DNA of 64,000 bases from Cloacibacterium sp. (GCA_046296655.1 JBKBLE010000011.1:290-64289), one strand, 5' to 3'; shown: positions 1 through 10,467, numbered from the stretch's first letter. A program made the numbers and translations. The notes: generated by a model from the letters alone, not told the origin.

Positions 1-1
1 T

Positions 2-739
2 CAAACTTTTTCTGGAACTCTTTTCATGCGAGATAAATCTTCTTTCTATCTCAACCAGATTTACGTTACCAATCTTAATGAACAAAGAACTTATCTTACT
101 TCTTATACTGGAGAATTTAAAATTCCTGCAAAAGTAGGAGATGTAATAAGATTTACCTCAATTGTTTCGGAGCGAAAAGACATCAAAATTACTCCTCAAT
201 TGCTTGAAAATCCTCGAAATTTGATAGAACTCGAAGTGGCTTATAGGGAAATTCAAGAAGTGATTTTGAGTAGATTTAAACCTACGGGAAACCTTAGAAA
301 AGATGTTCGTACTTTAGATTCTAAAAAATCTTCTCTTGAAATAGCAAAAATAATAGGTTTACCAGCTCCAAAAGGCGATGGAACTCCGCCAATAACTCCA
401 GTTGCAAGCTTAGCGAATGGTGGTTTAAGTATCGGTTTAGAAAGTCTTTATGATGTAATTTCTGGTCAAGCCAAGAAAAAACAAAGGCTTCAAGAATACG
501 AAAAGATGCAAATTGGTATTAAAAATATTAAAGCTTATTTAGGAGACGATTATTTTACTAGATTAAAGGTTCCTCTTCATTTAGTTGACAATTTTCTTCA
601 GTTTGTTTATACATCAGATAACTTGAAAATTTATTTAGATGTGGCTAATTATGAGGCTGTAAAAGTCTCTATAGAAAAATATTTGCCTATTTATCAAAAA
701 AGATTACGCAACTCTCACCTTCAAGAAGTTTTAAATTAA
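2..739 (+). CDS. 5'-truncated secreted/outer-membrane hypothetical protein with carboxypeptidase-regulatory-like N-terminal domain
   Basis: ORF 26..739. The frame is open from base 2 (QTFSGTLF-MRDK...), so the true start and signal peptide probably lie left of the window. The N-terminal pattern (IYVTNLN...GEFKIPAKVGDVIRFTSI) resembles CarboxypepD_reg-like domains. Confidence 0.55.
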   Translation, partial: QTFSGTLFMRDKSSFYLNQIYVTNLNEQRTYLTSYTGEFKIPAKVGDVIRFTSIVSERKDIKITPQLLENPRNLIELEVAYREIQEVILSRFKPTGNLRKDVRTLDSKKSSLEIAKIIGLPAPKGDGTPPITPVASLANGGLSIGLESLYDVISGQAKKKQRLQEYEKMQIGIKNIKAYLGDDYFTRLKVPLHLVDNFLQFVYTSDNLKIYLDVANYEAVKVSIEKYLPIYQKRLRNSHLQEVLN

Positions 740-792
740 ACTATGATAGGGCAATTCCATCTTCCTAATTTTTATTAAATTTAAAATAATTA

Positions 793-800
793 TATCTTTG
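793..800 (+). promoter_or_regulatory. Bacteroidota housekeeping -7 promoter box (TATCTTTG) for trmB
   Basis: Exact TAnnTTTG match 19 nt upstream of the GTG start. Confidence 0.65.
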
Positions 801-819
801 CTTTCTTAAAAATTGACTT

Positions 820-1503
820 GTGGGGAAGAATAAAATAGCAAGATTTGAAGAAAATAGAAGACTTCCAAATGTAATACAACCAACTAGAGAAGAAGCTTTA
901 GGTAATTTTGAACTTAAAGGTAAATGGAGAGAGAGGGTTTTTAAAAACAATAATCCTATTGTTTTAGAACTTGGTTGTGGGAAAGGTGAGTATAGTGTAG
1001 GAATGGCAAAAGCTTTTCCTGATAAAAATTTTATCGGAGTAGATATTAAAGGAGCAAGATTTTGGTTTGGAGCAAAAGAAGCTGTAGAAAAAGGTTTAAA
1101 TAACGCAGCTTTTTTACGCACCCAAATAGAATTGATAGATTGCTTTTTTGATGAAAATGAAGTTGATGAAATCTGGATTACCTTTCCAGACCCTCAGATT
1201 AAATACAGAAGAGGGAAACATAGACTTACCCATCCAGATTTTTTAAATCGCTACAAAAAAATTCTGAAACCTTCCGCAATTATTCATTTGAAAACAGATT
1301 CTGAGTTTCTGCATGGTTATACTTTGGGTATTTTACAAGGATATGGTCACGAAATTCTAACCGCTCATCATGATATATATGGAGCGCCAGAATATGAACC
1401 AGACACTCTCTATCTAAGGGAAATTAAAACTTATTATGAGGAATTGTTTTCTGCTAAAGGCAAAACGATTACCTATATTAAGTTTAGATTGAATCAAAAA
1501 TAA
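820..1503 (+). CDS. trmB: tRNA (guanine-N7)-methyltransferase
   Basis: LELGCGKGEY SAM motif, GVDIKGAR and ITFPDPQ signature. GTG start. Confidence 0.95.
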   Translation: MGKNKIARFEENRRLPNVIQPTREEALGNFELKGKWRERVFKNNNPIVLELGCGKGEYSVGMAKAFPDKNFIGVDIKGARFWFGAKEAVEKGLNNAAFLRTQIELIDCFFDENEVDEIWITFPDPQIKYRRGKHRLTHPDFLNRYKKILKPSAIIHLKTDSEFLHGYTLGILQGYGHEILTAHHDIYGAPEYEPDTLYLREIKTYYEELFSAKGKTITYIKFRLNQK

Positions 1504-1537
1504 AAAAAACTCTCAAGAATTTCTTGAGAGTTTTTTT
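1503..1537. terminator. Bidirectional intrinsic terminator between convergent trmB and rpsB
   Basis: AAAAAAACTCTCAAGAA-T-TTCTTGAGAGTTTTTTT perfect inverted repeat with A/T tails. Confidence 0.85.
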
Positions 1538-1557
1538 GTTGTATGATCTTCGAAAAA

Positions 1558-2316
1558 TTATTTAGCGTCAAAGTCTTTATCTGCATCAGCAGTTACTTTT
1601 TCACCTTCTTTAGATTTTTCTTTATCAGCTTTTCTTTGAGATTGACCTTCTTTGATAGATTCTGATACTACAGAAAGGATCATGTCAATAGATTTAGAAG
1701 CATCATCGTTTCCTGGAATTACGAAGTCTACTTTTCTAGGATCTGAGTTAGTATCTACGATACCAAATACAGGAATACCTAATTTTTTAGCTTCAGTTAC
1801 AGCAATGTGCTCTCTTAAAATATCTACTACGAATACAGCAGACGGAAGCCTCACCATATCAGCGATTGAACCAAGGTTTTTCTCAAGTTTTGCTCTCTGT
1901 CTGTCAACCTGAAGCCTCTCTTTTTTAGATAAAGTTTCGAATGTTCCATCTTTCTTCATTTTATCGATAGCGTTCATTTTCTTAACCGCTTTTCTGATTG
2001 TAACGAAGTTAGTTAACATTCCACCTGGCCATCTTTCAGTGATGTAAGGCATGTTAAGTTCTGATGCATGTTTTGCTACTACTTCTTTAGCTTGTTTTTT
2101 AGTAGCCACGAAAAGAACTTTTTTTCCTGCAGAAGTAATTTTTTCTAAAGCGTTGCAAGCTTCATCTAATTTCACTGCAGTTTTATGCAAATCGATAATG
2201 TGAATACCGTTTTTCTCCATGAAAATGTATGGAGCCATATTAGGATTCCACTTTCTAGTCATGTGACCAAAGTGTACGCCTGCTTCTAATAAGTCTTTAA
2301 CTTGTGCTTTTGCCAT
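1558..2316 (-). CDS. rpsB: 30S ribosomal protein S2
   Basis: LLEAGVHFGH, ERWPGGMLTN and GNDDA motifs. Confidence 0.99.
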   Translation of the reverse strand: MAKAQVKDLLEAGVHFGHMTRKWNPNMAPYIFMEKNGIHIIDLHKTAVKLDEACNALEKITSAGKKVLFVATKKQAKEVVAKHASELNMPYITERWPGGMLTNFVTIRKAVKKMNAIDKMKKDGTFETLSKKERLQVDRQRAKLEKNLGSIADMVRLPSAVFVVDILREHIAVTEAKKLGIPVFGIVDTNSDPRKVDFVIPGNDDASKSIDMILSVVSESIKEGQSQRKADKEKSKEGEKVTADADKDFDAK

Positions 2317-2329
2317 TTTTTTAATTTTT

Positions 2330-2410
2330 GTTAGTTTACGTTCCGCTTTTAAGCAATCAACTTTACGTTGGATGGGAGTAAAGTTTGGATGCTAAACATA
2401 ACGGGCAATT
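2330..2410 (-). promoter_or_regulatory. Candidate structured rpsB leader RNA
   Basis: Nested stems in the rpsI-rpsB spacer: AACTTTAC/GTAAAGTT (2359-2385), extended by AGCAATC/GATGCT, plus CCGTT/AGCGG on the minus strand. Confidence 0.45.
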
Positions 2411-2445
2411 TTTGTAATAATTTGTAAATAAACCGAGAAAAAAGA

Positions 2446-2832
2446 TTAACGTTTTGAGAATTGGAATCTCTTTCTTGCTTTTTTCTGACCTGGTTTTTTT
2501 CTTTCTACCATTCTAGCGTCTCTAGTAAGAAGACCAGCTGGCTTAAGCGCTAATCTGTTTTCTTCATTAATTGCACATAGTGCTCTAGAAATCCCTAGTC
2601 TAATTGCTTCAGCTTGACCTGTAATTCCACCACCGAAAACGTTTACAGTAACATCGTACTGACCTACAGTTTCAGTTAATAAGAACGGTTGGTTTACTTT
2701 ATATACTAACATGTCAGTACAGAAGTAAGTTTTTGCATCTTTACCATTTACAGTGATGTTACCAGTACCTGGTTTCACGTAAACTCTAGCTACAGAAGTT
2801 TTTCTTCTTCCAATCTTGTGAACTATAGACAT
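2446..2832 (-). CDS. rpsI: 30S ribosomal protein S9
   Basis: [11 protein letters not shown]-terminus and [11 protein letters not shown]-terminus. Confidence 0.99.
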   Translation of the reverse strand: MSIVHKIGRRKTSVARVYVKPGTGNITVNGKDAKTYFCTDMLVYKVNQPFLLTETVGQYDVTVNVFGGGITGQAEAIRLGISRALCAINEENRLALKPAGLLTRDARMVERKKPGQKKARKRFQFSKR

Positions 2833-2834
2833 AA

Positions 2835-3290
2835 TTACTTAATTTCGTTAAGGTTAATAACTTTTGGTTGCTGTGCTTCGTGCTTATGCTCAGACCCAGC
2901 GTATACATACAAATTCTTGTAGATAACACTTCCTAATTTGTTTTTTGGTAACATTCCTTTTACAGATTTTTCTACCAATTTACAATTGTCTTTTTTGTGC
3001 ACTTCTTCAGCAGTTAACGATTTTTGACCACCTGGATATCCAGTATGCCAAATGTATTCTTTGTCTGCCCACTTGTTGCCAGATAAAGCAACTTGTTCTG
3101 CATTCAAAACGATTACGTTATCACCACAGTCTACGTGTGGAGTGTAATTCGTTTTGTGCTTACCTCTCAAAATCTTTGCAACTTTAGAAGCTAATCTTCC
3201 TAAAGGTTGCCCAGCTGCATCTACCACAACCCATTCTTTCTTAGCGGTAGCTTTGTTAGCTGATACGGTTTTGTAACTTAATGTATTCAC
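2835..3290 (-). CDS. rplM: 50S ribosomal protein L13
   Basis: [24 protein letters not shown] and HTGYPGG motifs. GTG start. Confidence 0.99.
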   Translation of the reverse strand: MNTLSYKTVSANKATAKKEWVVVDAAGQPLGRLASKVAKILRGKHKTNYTPHVDCGDNVIVLNAEQVALSGNKWADKEYIWHTGYPGGQKSLTAEEVHKKDNCKLVEKSVKGMLPKNKLGSVIYKNLYVYAGSEHKHEAQQPKVINLNEIK

Positions 3291-3413
3291 TTATTATCGT
3301 TTACGATTAAACATAATTTTCCCCTAAAAAGGTGTGCAAAGGTATTAATTTTTTTTGGAATTGAAAAACTTTATCAAGATTTAAACGTAAATTTAACCTT
3401 AAAAAATTAATTT

Positions 3414-3746
3414 TCAATCTCTTAATGACTTGTTGTTTCTGAAACTTGCTAGTAAATAATACCCCACAAATACTATAGAAAACTTAAAAACAGAAGGTAA
3501 AGATTTTTCTAAATCAAAAATGAAAGCGCCAATCAGTACTAAAAAAATCATCGCGCCAAAAGAAATTCCTAGTTTTTTCGGCAAAGAAATAACGGGATTG
3601 TCTAAATAAAAAGCCATTCCCCAAGCTAACCCGAAAGCAAAACTGTAAAAAAGTTCTAGCCATAATCCGCCACTTTCTAATAAAAAATGATTGATTAAAA
3701 AACTGATTAAAGTTCCAGCTATCGTATATAATAAAGCCCTCTTCAT
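3414..3746 (-). CDS. Hypothetical membrane protein (about 4 TM helices)
   Basis: 110-aa hydrophobic ORF with a TAnnTTTG box upstream on the minus strand. Confidence 0.7.
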   Translation of the reverse strand: MKRALLYTIAGTLISFLINHFLLESGGLWLELFYSFAFGLAWGMAFYLDNPVISLPKKLGISFGAMIFLVLIGAFIFDLEKSLPSVFKFSIVFVGYYLLASFRNNKSLRD

Positions 3747-3826
3747 GTTTTAAAATTTTTACAAAAATACTTAAATTTTCAATTCTCGGGATTTTTCTAT
3801 ATTTGAGACCTATCGAAAAGTTATTT

Positions 3827-6800
3827 ATGGAAACCCAAAAATATCAACCTAAAAATAAGGTAAGAGTAGTTACAGCAGCCTCACTTTTTGACGGACACGA
3901 CGCTGCCATTAACATTATGCGAAGAGTGATTCAAGGAACAGGATGCGAAGTTATTCACCTTGGTCATGATAAATCCGCAGAAGAAGTAGTAAACTGTGCT
4001 ATTCAAGAAGATGCAAACGCTATTGCACTTACGTCTTATCAAGGCGGTCATAATGAATATTTTAAATACATCTATGATTTACTTCGTGAGAAGAACTCTC
4101 CTCAAATCAAAATTTTTGGTGGAGGTGGTGGAGTAATTCTTCCCGAAGAAATTAAAGATTTAATGGAGTACGGAATCGATAGAATTTATTCTCCAGATGA
4201 TGGTAGAGAAATGGGATTGCAAGGAATGATTGATGATTTGGTTCAAAAATCTGATTTTGCTACAGGCGAAAATATCACCGTTTCTGATATCGAAAATATC
4301 AAATTCGAAGATGCTAAATCTATCGCGCAAGTGATTTCTGCCGTGGAAAACTTCTCAGATGAGAAACCAGAATTGGTGGAAGCATTAAAAGAAAAAGCAA
4401 AAGATTTCAATATTCCCATCATCGGGATTACAGGAACTGGAGGTGCAGGTAAATCTTCGTTAACAGATGAATTGGTGCGTAGATTTTTAAGAGCAAATCC
4501 TGATAAAAAAATTGCGATTATTTCTGTAGATCCTTCTAAAAAGAAAACTGGAGGTGCGCTTCTCGGCGATAGAATCAGAATGAATTCCATCAATGATTCT
4601 AGAGTTTACATGCGTTCTATGGCTACTCGAGAGAATAATGTTTCGGTTTCGCCTTACATTCATTCTGCATTAGATGTTCTCAAAATTTCTAGTCCAGATA
4701 TTATTATTTTAGAAACTTCGGGAATTGGTCAATCTGGTTCTGAAATTACTGAAATTGCAGATATTTCTATGTATGTAATGACGCCAGAATATGGTGCTTC
4801 TACACAATTAGAAAAAATTGATATGCTAGATTATGCAGATTTAATCGCATTAAATAAATCTGACAAAAGAGGAGCTTTAGATGCCGTTCAAGCGGTGAGA
4901 AAACAGTTTCAGCGTAACCACCAATTGTGGGAAAAACCATTAGAAGAAATGCCAGTTTTTTCTACGAAGGCAAGTCAGTTTAACGATTGGGGAACTACCG
5001 TTTTGTATAATGCATTAATTGAAAAAGTAAATGCTAAATTCACTTCATTAGATCTAAAATCATACGAAGAACAAAACGTTTCGGAAGAATCTACCATTAT
5101 TCCACCGAAAAGAGTTCGTTATCTTTCTGAAATCGTAGATAATAATAAAAATTACGACAAGCAAGTTGAGGAACAAGCACTAATCGCTAAAAAAATGTAT
5201 CTCATCGATGGTGCTAAAGCACTGATTACAGATGATGAACATACTACTGATAAACTTGAAAAAGTTTTCCTAAAAATCAAAAAAGAACTTTCGGAAGAAA
5301 ACCGATTGTTTTTGCAAGGTTGGCATCATTTTAAAGAAGAAATGCAGCAAGATACCTTCTCTTACTTGGTTCGTGGCAAAGAAATAAAAGTAGAAACCAA
5401 ATACGAATCACTTTCTCATCTTAAAATTCCAAAAATTGCCTTACCGAAATACCACGATTGGGGCGATTTAATCCGTTGGAAAGGCCAGGAAAATGTTCCC
5501 GGAGCATTTCCATTCACCGCGGGAATTTATCCTTTCAAAAGAACCGGTGAAGATCCTACCAGAATGTTTGCAGGAGAAGGCGGGCCAGAACGTACCAACA
5601 GAAGATTCCACTTTGTTTCCGCAGAAATGCCTGCGAAAAGACTTTCTACAGCGTTTGATTCTGTGACTTTATATGGTCAAGATCCTGCTTTTCCACCAGA
5701 TATTTACGGAAAAATCGGGAACGCGGGAGTTTCCATTGCAACTTTGGACGATGCCAAAAAACTCTATTCCGGTTTTGATCTGATTAATGCTTTGACATCT
5801 GTTTCAATGACGATTAACGGTCCTGCTCCGATGCTATTGGCATTTTTTATGAACGCTGCGATTGATCAAAATTGTGAAAAATATATTGAAGAAAATAATC
5901 TTTGGGATAAAGTAGAACAAAAACTTAAAGAAAAATTTGACGATAAAGGTTTAAAAAGACCTTCCTACAACGGAGAATTGCCACCTTCCAACAATGGTTT
6001 AGGTTTAAAATTATTGGGAATTACCGGTGATGAAATTTTAGATGCTGAAACATACCAAAAGATAAAAGCAGAAACCATCGCAACTGTTCGTGGAACGGTT
6101 CAAGCAGATATTTTGAAGGAAGATCAAGCACAAAATACTTGTATTTTCTCTACGGAATTTGCTTTGAGATTAATGGGAGATGTTCAGGAATATTTCATTC
6201 AAAATAAAGTGAGAAATTTCTATTCGGTTTCTATTTCCGGGTATCACATTGCTGAAGCTGGCGCGAACCCAATTTCTCAGTTGGCATTTACTTTGGCAAA
6301 TGGTTTCACTTATGTAGAATATTATTTGAGCCGAGGAATGAATATTAATGATTTTGCTCCGAATCTTTCCTTCTTTTTCTCCAACGGTGTCGATCCCGAA
6401 TATGCCGTGATTGGACGCGTTGCCAGAAGAATCTGGGCGAAGGCTATGAAATACAAATATGGTGCTGATGAGCGTTCGCAAATGCTGAAATACCATATCC
6501 AAACGTCAGGACGTTCGCTTCACGCACAAGAAATCGATTTTAACGATATTAGAACTACGCTTCAAGCGTTGTATGCGATTTATGACAACTGTAATTCACT
6601 TCACACCAATGCTTACGACGAGGCAATTACCACACCAACCGAAGAATCGGTGCGTAGAGCAATGGCAATTCAGTTGATTATCAACAAAGAATTAGGTTTA
6701 GCGAAAAACGAAAATCCGCTGCAGGGTTCATTTATTATTGAAGAATTGACGGATTTGGTAGAAGAAGCGGTTTATGCAGAATTTGACAGAATTACAGAAC

Positions 6801-7189
6801 GTGGCGGAGTTTTAGGAGCAATGGAAACGATGTATCAGCGCTCGAAAATCCAGGAAGAATCAATGCATTATGAATGGTTAAAACATACAGGAGAATATCC
6901 AATTATCGGCGTGAATACTTTCCTCGGAAAAGACGGTTCACCTACAGTTTTACCAGGAGAAGTAATTCGTTCTACTGAAGAAGAAAAGCAACAACAAATT
7001 GAGAATTTGCAAAATTTTCAGAAATCCAACGAAGATAAAACTCAAGAATGGTTGAATAAATTGCAATTGGCTGCCATTAATCAACAAAATTTATTCGAAG
7101 TGATGATGGAAGCGGTGAAATATTGCTCTCTCGGACAGATTACCAACGCGCTTTTCGAAGTAGGCGGGAAGTATAGGAGGAATATGTAG
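3827..7189 (+). CDS. icmF: Fused B12-dependent acyl-CoA mutase (IcmF type: B12-binding + MeaB-like GTPase + mutase)
   Basis: [10 protein letters not shown]12 motif, [10 protein letters not shown]-loop, and mutase barrel ([19 protein letters not shown]). Start moved to ATG 3827 because the track's TTG 3803 lies inside the TATATTTG -7 box (3798-3805). Confidence 0.9.
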   Translation: METQKYQPKNKVRVVTAASLFDGHDAAINIMRRVIQGTGCEVIHLGHDKSAEEVVNCAIQEDANAIALTSYQGGHNEYFKYIYDLLREKNSPQIKIFGGGGGVILPEEIKDLMEYGIDRIYSPDDGREMGLQGMIDDLVQKSDFATGENITVSDIENIKFEDAKSIAQVISAVENFSDEKPELVEALKEKAKDFNIPIIGITGTGGAGKSSLTDELVRRFLRANPDKKIAIISVDPSKKKTGGALLGDRIRMNSINDSRVYMRSMATRENNVSVSPYIHSALDVLKISSPDIIILETSGIGQSGSEITEIADISMYVMTPEYGASTQLEKIDMLDYADLIALNKSDKRGALDAVQAVRKQFQRNHQLWEKPLEEMPVFSTKASQFNDWGTTVLYNALIEKVNAKFTSLDLKSYEEQNVSEESTIIPPKRVRYLSEIVDNNKNYDKQVEEQALIAKKMYLIDGAKALITDDEHTTDKLEKVFLKIKKELSEENRLFLQGWHHFKEEMQQDTFSYLVRGKEIKVETKYESLSHLKIPKIALPKYHDWGDLIRWKGQENVPGAFPFTAGIYPFKRTGEDPTRMFAGEGGPERTNRRFHFVSAEMPAKRLSTAFDSVTLYGQDPAFPPDIYGKIGNAGVSIATLDDAKKLYSGFDLINALTSVSMTINGPAPMLLAFFMNAAIDQNCEKYIEENNLWDKVEQKLKEKFDDKGLKRPSYNGELPPSNNGLGLKLLGITGDEILDAETYQKIKAETIATVRGTVQADILKEDQAQNTCIFSTEFALRLMGDVQEYFIQNKVRNFYSVSISGYHIAEAGANPISQLAFTLANGFTYVEYYLSRGMNINDFAPNLSFFFSNGVDPEYAVIGRVARRIWAKAMKYKYGADERSQMLKYHIQTSGRSLHAQEIDFNDIRTTLQALYAIYDNCNSLHTNAYDEAITTPTEESVRRAMAIQLIINKELGLAKNENPLQGSFIIEELTDLVEEAVYAEFDRITERGGVLGAMETMYQRSKIQEESMHYEWLKHTGEYPIIGVNTFLGKDGSPTVLPGEVIRSTEEEKQQQIENLQNFQKSNEDKTQEWLNKLQLAAINQQNLFEVMMEAVKYCSLGQITNALFEVGGKYRRNM

Positions 7190-7213
7190 CCGAAGTTCGG
7201 CTTCCAAAAATTT

Positions 7214-7244
7214 AAAATCTCCAGAAATTTCTGGAGATTTTTTT
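7214..7244 (+). terminator. Intrinsic terminator after icmF
   Basis: AAAATCTCCAGAAA-T-TTCTGGAGATTTT followed by a T-run. Confidence 0.8.
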
Positions 7245-7426
7245 GTGTGTAATACAAATTTATTTTAAACAGCAATTTTGTTTATAGGTTATGAGTCTAT
7301 CTGTAAATGCTTTTTTAATTGTAATATTTTTAAACAAAGCGAAAATTTTAATAGAGTTTAACAATTATTTTTTGTGATAAATTAAAAATACATCTATATC
7401 TTTGAGCCGAAGAAAATTATTATGTA

Positions 7427-8482
7427 ATGAATAACGAAAACGAGATTGTAGAAGACCTTAAAAACTGGAAGGAAATCATCAAACCTTATGCTACACCAGA
7501 AATAAAATTAGCAAGAAAAGAAGTCTGGAAAACGGTTTTACCTTTCGGTTTGCTTTTTATAGCGGCAGCCATAGTTTATGAATTTCAATTTTGGGGCGCT
7601 TTAGGAATTTGCTTTTTGGCAGGATTATTTTTAACCAGAATTTTTATTATTCAGCATGATTGCGGGCATCAATCTTTTTTCCCGGACAGAACTAAAAATG
7701 ATAGAACAGGATTTCTAATGAGTTTGATGACGTGTATTCCATACAAATATTGGGCGCGTTCTCATAATCATCATCACGCACACCAAGGTCAATTAGATAC
7801 CAGAACCATCGGAGATGTTACTTTGTTGACGGTGAGAGAATACAATGAACTTTCTAATTGGGGAAAGATAAAATACAGAATTTATCGTTCGGTTCCTGTA
7901 ATGTTTGTTTTGGGGCCTATTTACTACATTTTTATTCACAACAGAATTCCTTTTATCAAATTTAAAGGTTGGGAAAAAGAGCGTTTAACGCTGTTGAGAA
8001 CCAATTTATACTTATTAGGATTTTTTGCCATTTTAGGAGTGATTTTAAGCTTGCCGACTTTTGACCTTATCGAAGGATTCAAAAAATTAGCACTTTTATA
8101 CATTCCTATTCTTATCACGTTTGCGTTTACAGCGATTTGGTTTTTTTACATGCAACATCAGCACGATCCAAATTACAAAGCATGGAAAGAAGATTGGCAA
8201 TATCTTTTAGCAGCAATTAAAGGAAGTTCTTATTATAAATTGCCAAAAATTTTCAACTTTTTTACAGGAAATATTGGGTATCATCACATTCATCATTTGG
8301 CTCCGAAAGTTCCTTTCTATAAATTAGAAAAATGCAGCAAAGAGAATCCTATTTTCCAAAAATATGTAACGACTATTACCTTATTAAGCAGTGTTAAATA
8401 TGCATTTTATACACTCTGGGACGAAGAAAATTACAGAATGATTACCTTCAGACAACTGAAAACCATCCCTGTAAAAGCATAA
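7427..8482 (+). CDS. Membrane fatty acid desaturase (Bacillus Des-like)
   Basis: Three His boxes: QHDCGH, HNHHHAH and HHIHH. TATCTTTG promoter box at 7397-7404. Confidence 0.9.
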   Translation: MNNENEIVEDLKNWKEIIKPYATPEIKLARKEVWKTVLPFGLLFIAAAIVYEFQFWGALGICFLAGLFLTRIFIIQHDCGHQSFFPDRTKNDRTGFLMSLMTCIPYKYWARSHNHHHAHQGQLDTRTIGDVTLLTVREYNELSNWGKIKYRIYRSVPVMFVLGPIYYIFIHNRIPFIKFKGWEKERLTLLRTNLYLLGFFAILGVILSLPTFDLIEGFKKLALLYIPILITFAFTAIWFFYMQHQHDPNYKAWKEDWQYLLAAIKGSSYYKLPKIFNFFTGNIGYHHIHHLAPKVPFYKLEKCSKENPIFQKYVTTITLLSSVKYAFYTLWDEENYRMITFRQLKTIPVKA

Positions 8483-8503
8483 ATTTATTTCACATGATAT
8501 TTC

Positions 8504-8533
8504 AAACCTTCAAGATTTTCTTGGAGGTTTTTT
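8504..8533 (+). terminator. Intrinsic terminator after the desaturase
   Basis: AAACCTTCAAGA-TTT-TCTTGGAGGTTT followed by a T-run. Confidence 0.75.
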
Positions 8534-8595
8534 GTTGAGGTTAAAGAAAAGCCCTACAAAAGATTTTGTATCTTTGAAAAGACAAATTCAGGAGG

Positions 8596-9645
8596 ATGAA
8601 AGACGTAAAAATAGAATTCAGAAAACCAATGTATCCTGTAAATTCAGAATTGATGGATTATTTGGAAAAAAACAATCGTCTCACCAATATTCGGTTTTAT
8701 TATGATGATTTATTGCGCTTTTCAGATTATATGCCCGTTCATGATAAAGATGGCAATGATACGCTTTGGCTCAATGTGTATTACCCTGAATTTGAACAAG
8801 CCGAAATCGAAGCCAATCTCAACAAAATTTACACGCTTTTACATTCTGATGGAGATGTAGATGTATTGCCTTTTCTTACGGTAGATTCTATTCACTTTTG
8901 TACGTTTGGGAATTCTAAACCGTTCAGAATAAGAGTAAGAAACATTCTGAATGATAATTATACCAATTTTTACATCAAAAAAGCAGATGCTTCTAGGATT
9001 TATGGTTTGGAACTAGAAGAAATTCTTTCGCCAAATCGTATTAATTTCCTTTTGTACAAAGACACTTTAATTGAGGAACATATTTTAGGAATTCCTGGAG
9101 ATGTCTTTATAGAAAAGCATTTAGACCAATGTTCACCTCAAGAAAAAGCTCAAATTGCCAAAGAATTTGTAAAATTTAATGAACGCTGTTTAATTGGTTT
9201 ATTAGGAGATATGCGTTCGTACAATTACGTGGTGATTCCTACGCATGATTTTGACCAAGTAGTGTATAGAATTCGTCCGATTGATTTTGACCAACAATGC
9301 TACGAAGGAAATCTCAAAATTTATCTGCCTCAATATTTCAAAGAAAATAAAAAAATGGTAGATATGGTTTATGATAAGCTAAAACCCAATTCCATCGAAC
9401 AATACCGAAAAGAAGTTCGTTCTGCCATTGCTAAACGCGCCAGTACAGACGGAAGGTTGCCTCATTTGTTAGAAATTATGAAAAGAGATGAGATTTCTAA
9501 ACCAGAACATGTAGAAGAATTGAAAAAAGGATTGCTGAAACTCACGTATAATTCTCAGTTCAAAAAGTGTGAAACAATGGGCGAAATTCTAGAAACAGGA
9601 CTTAATTTTGTGATTAGAAATTACAGAAGTTCTAATGTGAGGTAG
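8596..9645 (+). CDS. Conserved hypothetical protein, probable atypical (PI3K/HipA-like) kinase fold
   Basis: 349-aa ORF with its own TATCTTTG box (8569-8576). Ordered motifs: FGNSKP, YIKKAD, GDMRSYNYVV, IDFD. Confidence 0.6.
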   Translation: MKDVKIEFRKPMYPVNSELMDYLEKNNRLTNIRFYYDDLLRFSDYMPVHDKDGNDTLWLNVYYPEFEQAEIEANLNKIYTLLHSDGDVDVLPFLTVDSIHFCTFGNSKPFRIRVRNILNDNYTNFYIKKADASRIYGLELEEILSPNRINFLLYKDTLIEEHILGIPGDVFIEKHLDQCSPQEKAQIAKEFVKFNERCLIGLLGDMRSYNYVVIPTHDFDQVVYRIRPIDFDQQCYEGNLKIYLPQYFKENKKMVDMVYDKLKPNSIEQYRKEVRSAIAKRASTDGRLPHLLEIMKRDEISKPEHVEELKKGLLKLTYNSQFKKCETMGEILETGLNFVIRNYRSSNVR

Positions 9646-9682
9646 CTTTATTTCTAAAGAAAAAAATCTCTACATTTGCCCT

Positions 9683-10237
9683 ATGCAAGCCGAAAAAATC
9701 ATTTTGGGAATAGACCCGGGAACTTCTGTAATGGGTTTCGGGATAATTTCTGTTCATAAAGGAAAAATGAAACTCATTGCCATTGATGAATTGGTAATGA
9801 AAAAAGAACCCAATCATGAAACGAAACTCAAAAGTATTTTTGACAAAACTTTAGCCTTGATTGATGAATTTCACCCAGACGAAGTTGCGCTAGAAGCTCC
9901 TTTTTTCGGGAAAAATGTGCAATCTATGCTCAAACTAGGAAGAGCGCAAGGTGTGGCAATGGCTGCAAGTCTCCATCGTGATATTCCCATCACCGAATAT
10001 TCTCCCAAAAAAGTGAAAATGGCGATTACGGGAAACGGAAACGCCAGCAAAGAACAAGTAGCAGGAATGCTGCAAAATCTTCTAGCAATGAAAGAATTTC
10101 CTACCAAATATCTAGATGCTTCTGATGGTTTGGCAGTAGCGGTTTGTCACAGTTTCAATTTGGGAAAACCTGAAAATGATAAAAATTACACGGGTTGGGC
10201 AAGTTTTTTGAAACAAAATCCTGATAAAATTAAGTAA
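9683..10237 (+). CDS. ruvC: Holliday junction resolvase RuvC
   Basis: ILGIDPG, VALEAPF, GNGNASKEQV and DASDGLAVA motifs. Confidence 0.97.
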   Translation: MQAEKIILGIDPGTSVMGFGIISVHKGKMKLIAIDELVMKKEPNHETKLKSIFDKTLALIDEFHPDEVALEAPFFGKNVQSMLKLGRAQGVAMAASLHRDIPITEYSPKKVKMAITGNGNASKEQVAGMLQNLLAMKEFPTKYLDASDGLAVAVCHSFNLGKPENDKNYTGWASFLKQNPDKIK

Positions 10238-10268
10238 GCAACACGATTCCGTTTTTCTACAACTACAG

Positions 10269-10366
10269 ACCCGCTTTTTGCACTCGCTTTTTTATACAAT
10301 TAGCCAAAGCAAGTTCCGCGAAAATTGTATAAAAAGAGCTCAAACAAATGCTTCAATCGGGGCTAA
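10269..10366 (-). ncRNA. Flavo-1-like repeated RNA motif
   Basis: Minus strand reads TAGCCCCGATTGAAGC...long hairpin (TTTTTATACAATT/AATTGTATAAAAA)...GCGAGTGCAAAAAGCGGG. This matches my recollection of the Flavo-1 architecture; not checked with a covariance model. Confidence 0.6.
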
Positions 10367-10443
10367 ATTTCACGGGAAGTTTTTCTTTTCACTTTTCTAA
10401 ACTGCCACGTCTTCAAAAGTTATAAATTTTTGAATCTACCCTT

Positions 10444-10467
10444 GATTGCTTCGTTTCTCGCAATGAC
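10444..10467. repeat. GTCAT-headed REP-like palindromic element
   Basis: GATTGCTTCGTTTCTCGCAATGAC (reverse complement GTCATTGCGAGAAACGAAGCAATC). A GC-richer hairpin in AT-rich intergenic DNA. Confidence 0.55.

Noticed and set aside
3803-3826. TTG start for icmF
   Set aside because: It lies within the -7 promoter box. ATG 3827 fits better.
5218-5256. Possible nonamer-repeat insertion in icmF ([12 protein letters not shown])
   Set aside because: Only weak similarity to the GCAGATT element. It cannot be distinguished from ordinary linker sequence without an alignment.
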